Source of the DNA: Dendrobates tinctorius
Taxonomy: Eukaryota
NCBI RefSeq assembly: GCF_039654945.1
Contig: NW_027361810.1
Span: forward strand, 5,704,001-5,768,000
Reading direction: 5' to 3'
Length of the DNA: 64,000 bases
Below the pieces are notes generated by a model that worked only from the letters and a program-made list of their open reading frames with translations, did no database searches and was not told the DNA's origin. Of this stretch, positions 59,688-64,000 are shown in pieces. Within the stretch, counting starts at the first letter, position 1. The number at the start of each line of letters is the position of its first letter. A program made the position numbers and the translations under genes.

Positions 59688-60559
59688 TTTCTGCGGATCC
59701 ACAGAGCCAAAAACGCTGCGGATCCGCAGCAGAATCCGCAGCGTGTGCGCATAGCCTAAGTCTGTGACTCTTGGATAGAACATGTAGCCTTATACTCATG
59801 AAAAATGTGCTATAATTCTGAAATGTGTCTTCTGTGTGACCCAAGAAGACTTCACCCTCATTGCCCATAAATAGCAGGTGCAGATCTGTCCCTTCCTCTG
59901 CTTCGTTATCCTCTCAATGAGCAGACCCCTAGCATTCACTATACCCCCTCCTCCACTCCCCAGTGAAAGTCGCCCAGCTGCCCCGAGATCCTAAAACTCC
60001 AGGTCACCTCCCGGGGGCACATCTTAGTCCGTGATGGTCACATTCTTCTGTGGTGGAAATTAATGTTAATTTCCGAAGCCACATTCGTCACTTTCTATAG
60101 ATAGCGCAGCCCTCACATAGCAGACGCGCAGGATGTCGTTCCGTAAAGGGGAACTCTCACTTCTTGCTAATATCTTTATAGGGATCGTCAGGTTTTGTCT
60201 TTCTGCAGAGAACAATTACGCAGTTCGGTATGGAGCAAACTTACAGCCATATTTGTAAACAAGATGATCTTTTTTTCAGAGGCTGCTTAGGTGATAATTG
60301 TCTGATCCAGGGGCGGACATCACATTGGAGCAACCGCAGATCGGGGCGCCCCACCGTCTCCAAAGCAGATGGAATTGTGCATTCTGATGAGCTATTGCGC
60401 TGATATACTGTTCTAGCACAGGGGCCCTTCTCAGTCTGTGTCCGCCGGTGGTCTGATGATATGGGGTCTTTGAGACCCTCACCGGTCAGGACTGAATGAA
60501 GTAGCACGGCCATGTGTGGACACTACCGCACCATCCATGCAGCGTCGTCTTTGCCCATC

Positions 60560-61712
60560 TCCATTGCTCCTATGGACAATTAATGGAGCTGCGGTGCTCA
60601 AGTACAGGAGGAGAGGGGACCCTGCCCGCGAGGGCTCATGGTCTACAGGGGATGGGTCAGGAAACACAAGGAGAGGGTAGAGCTGGTCGTGCAGCGGTTC
60701 AGTAGACTGAGCATCACTGCAGGTTACAGGTCTGTCGGAACAGGTGGGTCTTCTGGTTCTTTTTGAAGGTTTCCATGGTAGGCGAGAGTCTGATGTGTTG
60801 GGGTAGAGAGTTCCAGAGTAGGGGGGAAGCACGGGAGAAGTCTTGTATGCGGTTGTGGGAAGAAGAGATGAGAGGGGAGTAGAGAAGGAGATCTTGAGAG
60901 GATCGAAGGTTGCGTGCAGGAAAGTACCGGGAGACCATGGCACACATGTATGGAGGAGACCGGTTGTGGATGGCTTTGTATGTCATGGTTAGGGTTTTGA
61001 ACCGGAGCTTCTGGACAATAGGAAGCCAGTGAAGGGCTTGGCAGAGAGGAGAGGCTGGGGAATAATGGAGAGACAGGTGGATTAGTCGGGCAGCAGAGTT
61101 TAGACTAGATTGGAGGGGTGGCACCAAGCATGCGGGACTGGGGAAAGTGAGCAGCCATTGACGTTGATGGATAGGTCTGGTGGAGTGAGATGGGGGAAAG
61201 ATGATGAATTCTGTTTTGTCCATGTTCAGTTTTAGGTTTCTTTTACACTTACCATTTTTTTTTTTTTTGCGGGCCGTATCGCCGCAACTTTCACGGTCTA
61301 CCACAATAACGGACCGCAAAAAACTTGCGGATCGTCGTTTTTCAGGTTTTCCTATACTGTGGAAGAAGTATTGGGAGACAAAAACGGTATTCCGCAAAAC
61401 CGGAAGCGACCGTGGGCCCCATTGATTTTCAATGAGGGCCGTGTCCAAGCCTGCTTGATCTTTTCACGGCCGCAAATACGGCCATACGGCACACGGCGCT
61501 CCGACTAATTTTTTCGTGACGATTTTGCGGCCCCATAGAAATCTATTGGGGCCGTAAAAACGCCAGCAAAACATGGTTAGTGTAAAAGAAGCCTTAGAAA
61601 GCGAGCCGAAAGGAAAGATGAAATAGCGGACAGACGTTGTGGGATTTTGGTTAGGCGTTGTCGGGTCCAGATAGATCTGCGTGTCATCAGCATAGATGGA
61701 TTATTGTCATGC
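60560..61712 (-). mobile_element. 3' fragment of an L2 LINE, interrupted by a MITE at 61235-61593
   Basis: HLYADDTQIYL (~61670-61703), LSAISSFLSARFL|KLNMDKTEFIIFP across the MITE, LHWLPI, SRASPLLWNSLP, KTHLF; 3'UTR with TGAGCCCTCGCGGGCAGGG. Confidence 0.88.
61235..61593. mobile_element. Harbinger-type MITE
   Basis: TTA|GGTTTCTTTTACACT ... AGTGTAAAAGAAGCC|TTA; removing it rejoins the L2 reading frame. Confidence 0.85.
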
Positions 61713-63402
61713 AGGGAGAACACAAGGCTTCTTCCTCCTGTCACATTAATGTCCGTCTTTCTGGGAAAACCCTCCAAACCCCAGAAACCAATCGTCAGGC
61801 CGCCGGTGCAGCAGCCGAGGCTCCGCGTCTGCAGAAGGTGCAGACCTGCACATGTTACAGACATCCGGCTTTGCTGGTAATGTCATTTCTCATTAACATT
61901 CATTATTCTGTTTATTTACCTTTCTGAATCCATATTTGTTTTTTTGTTTTTTTTATTTTCTGCTCATCAGATATTCGACTTTTGTCTCCCCTTATGGGAA
62001 GCGCTGATCATGGGGCCTGGAAACTACAGAGCCGAACTGTAGCATTCTCTCATTGTATTTTCCATTACTCCTATGACGCATCATTTCCAGCTCCCATCTC
62101 ATCAGTCACATGTGGAGAAAAGAAAGCCAAGGAGGTGGAGCCAGATGTGAGCAGGTGCCAAGGAGAGAACAGCGATGGAACTTTACAGTAGCAGAATCCT
62201 AAACCTCCGGCACTGAGGAATGGGCTTTATTTCAGGAGAACGTGCCACATATTTATTTCTATGTTTTGCTTGTTTTTCCTTGGTGTAAATGCCCCTGCCC
62301 TCCTGAATCCAGCCATTGTTTTTCTTTTGTTTCTGTGCCCCTCGATTATGGCCTCCTTTTCTCTGTATAGAAATCTTGTCCTCTTACCAAGGAAGTGTGG
62401 TCCTCGAGATGACACCCACAGAAGAGGTCATGACCACACCCACTTGGATAACAAGACTAGATTTAGGCATTGTGGGTGATATTTGCACTTGCTCATCTGA
62501 TCGATGGAGAACGATTGACAAAACAACCACAGGCTTGTGATGTAGGGTTTTAACGTGCGCAGTGATCACATACGGTAACTTCTTAAAGGGAACCTGTCGA
62601 CATGAAAATGGCGCCCTGTCTGCTGGCCCCGTGTTCTAGAGCAGGAGGAGCTGAACAGATTGATATTTAGTTTTGCGATAAAAGATTCAATATGACGTAT
62701 GGTTTCATCATTTGATCTTCTGCCTCTTCTAGGATTGAGTCCAGTGGGCGGAGCCATCGGTGACTGACAGCCTTCTATGTATAAGGTAGCTGTCAGTCAC
62801 TGATGGGACCAAAAGGCCCAGAAAGAGCAGAGGATTCAATGATGAAAACACAAGTTATACCCCTCTAATTCATAGGTGCACACAGTATTGTAAAGACTAC
62901 ATTAATACCAAGTGAGGAGACTTGATTTTACCTGTTGCACCAGATACATGTCAAATTAAGAGAAGGGGGAAATTTATAATACAAAAACCCAAAACACTAA
63001 GTCCCTATTTCACGCTCCCTGCCTAACCACACACAAAATGTACAATATTCATACGTCAACTGGCCGTCACATCCTCAAGGTTGAATTAATTTCCTGCGGG
63101 ATAAAGCATCTATAATAAACTGTTTATTACGTAGGATCAGTCTGCCCAGAGTTGGGCCTCGGAGCCTCCCGTGCCTCTGACTTATACTTGGGCTTCGTCC
63201 GTCTGGGGGCCGACTCCATCAGAAGCCATACTGGCAGTAGTCATCGCTTCTGTATATCGTCACATTGTGATTGGTCCAAGCTCTCGGAGACGAACCAGCG
63301 CAGAAACGACTGCAACCCTCAATCTGTGCAGCGCCTTAATCTTTTTCAGAGGTTTCCCTGAGTCTCTGCAATATCTATTCCATATTTTTTTTTCCTGTTT
63401 AA

Positions 63403-63805
63403 AGGGGATCTGCAACTTAGTTTGAGAGCAGCATAATGTAGAGACAGAGACCCTGATTCCAGCAATGTATCACTGGGCTGCTTGTTGTAGTTTTGTTAGA
63501 ATCCCGGTATTATCAGCAGATGATTACTAGACCTGCTGCCATGTAGTCCTCCATATTCATGCGTTATGTTTAACCCCACCTCTGACTGCTTTCTGTGTAC
63601 ACTGTGCATAGGCAGAAAGCTGCCAATCACCGGTGTGGGCGGCGTTATGCACAGCTCTGCTAAATCTACAGCAGAGAAAACAGTGACTTTATCAGAATGA
63701 CAGCAAGCATCCCAGTAAGTAACTCATCGCTGGAAGCAGGGTCTCTGCCCCTAAATCATGCTGCTTTCAGATGGGGGAGCAAAAACCTGGTGACAGATTT
63801 CCAAT
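63403..63805. mobile_element. Degenerate TTAA-flanked MITE
   Basis: TTAA|AGGGGATCTG...GAGAGCAGCAT..GTAGAGACAGAGACCCTGATTCCAGC mirrored by GCTGGAAGCAGGGTCTCTGCCCCTA...ATGCTGCTTTCAG...TGACAGATTTCC. Confidence 0.65.
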
Positions 63806-64000
63806 TAAAGGAGTATTTTATTTTTAGCAGATATTGGTAAGTGTAGATAATTATATTGCTTTTATTTGTTGTAAGGATCCATCCCCAAGGACTGGATCAC
63901 ATTCACTTTTCCATCATAGCGAAGTTTAAAGAGTTAACTGCCAAACTGACGGGATAAGAGGATCCGCAGCGTTCACACGGTGTAACTATGATGGAACCTA

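Larger units (their letters stand above)
56514..59756. mobile_element. Harbinger-type MITE hosting the hAT insertion
   Basis: TAA|GGCCATGTGCACACGC ... GCGTGTGCGCATAGCC|TAA with internal TGCGGA/TCCGCA repeats. Confidence 0.75.

Noticed and set aside
60193-60292. Plus-strand exon after the strong acceptor ttttgtctttctgcag
   Set aside because: No convincing donor or recognisable coding content.
48164-64000. TMEM169 coding exons
   Set aside because: I found no translation resembling its RKKKRKESRPESIIIYRS or YVTLTGTITRG motifs, so the gene symbol was withheld.

Overview
Vertebrate genomic DNA, most likely a frog (inferred from the repeat landscape: TTAA-flanked AGGG...CCCT MITEs, TAA/TTA-flanked Harbinger-type MITEs, DIRS1, CR1, L2, V-SINE, Tc1). 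One protein-coding gene can be fully reconstructed: PECR on the minus strand (8 exons, 43637->32742, 300 aa, ending in the peroxisomal signal SKL). A second minus-strand gene starts at a CpG-island promoter near 21.3-21.8 kb and has a 72-nt exon ending ATGG|gt at 6109-6038; its identity is not shown by the sequence (MAP3K2-like exon structure is a guess). A third, plus-strand first exon ends at 48163, head-to-head with PECR (TMEM169 expected by synteny only; no coding exon seen). Mobile elements: a full-length but RT-dead DIRS1 retroelement (6335-12247) inside a palindromic MITE; a 2.9-kb hAT transposon with an intact 671-aa transposase (56786-59687); and CR1, L2, Tc1, V-SINE and piggyBac-like remnants. 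A consensus minimal hammerhead ribozyme sits at 54048-54092 in a fold-back repeat. About 19 kb of minisatellites (18/12/9-bp modular, 74/72, 36/30, 86, 43, 28 and 50 bp units) lie between 16.8 and 50.9 kb, clustered at promoters and in PECR introns; most long ORFs in the supplied track come from these. I found no clearly new multi-gene system. The best leads are the ribozyme fold-back, the intact hAT, the Tc1-end-derived minisatellite and the promoter-associated satellite expansions.
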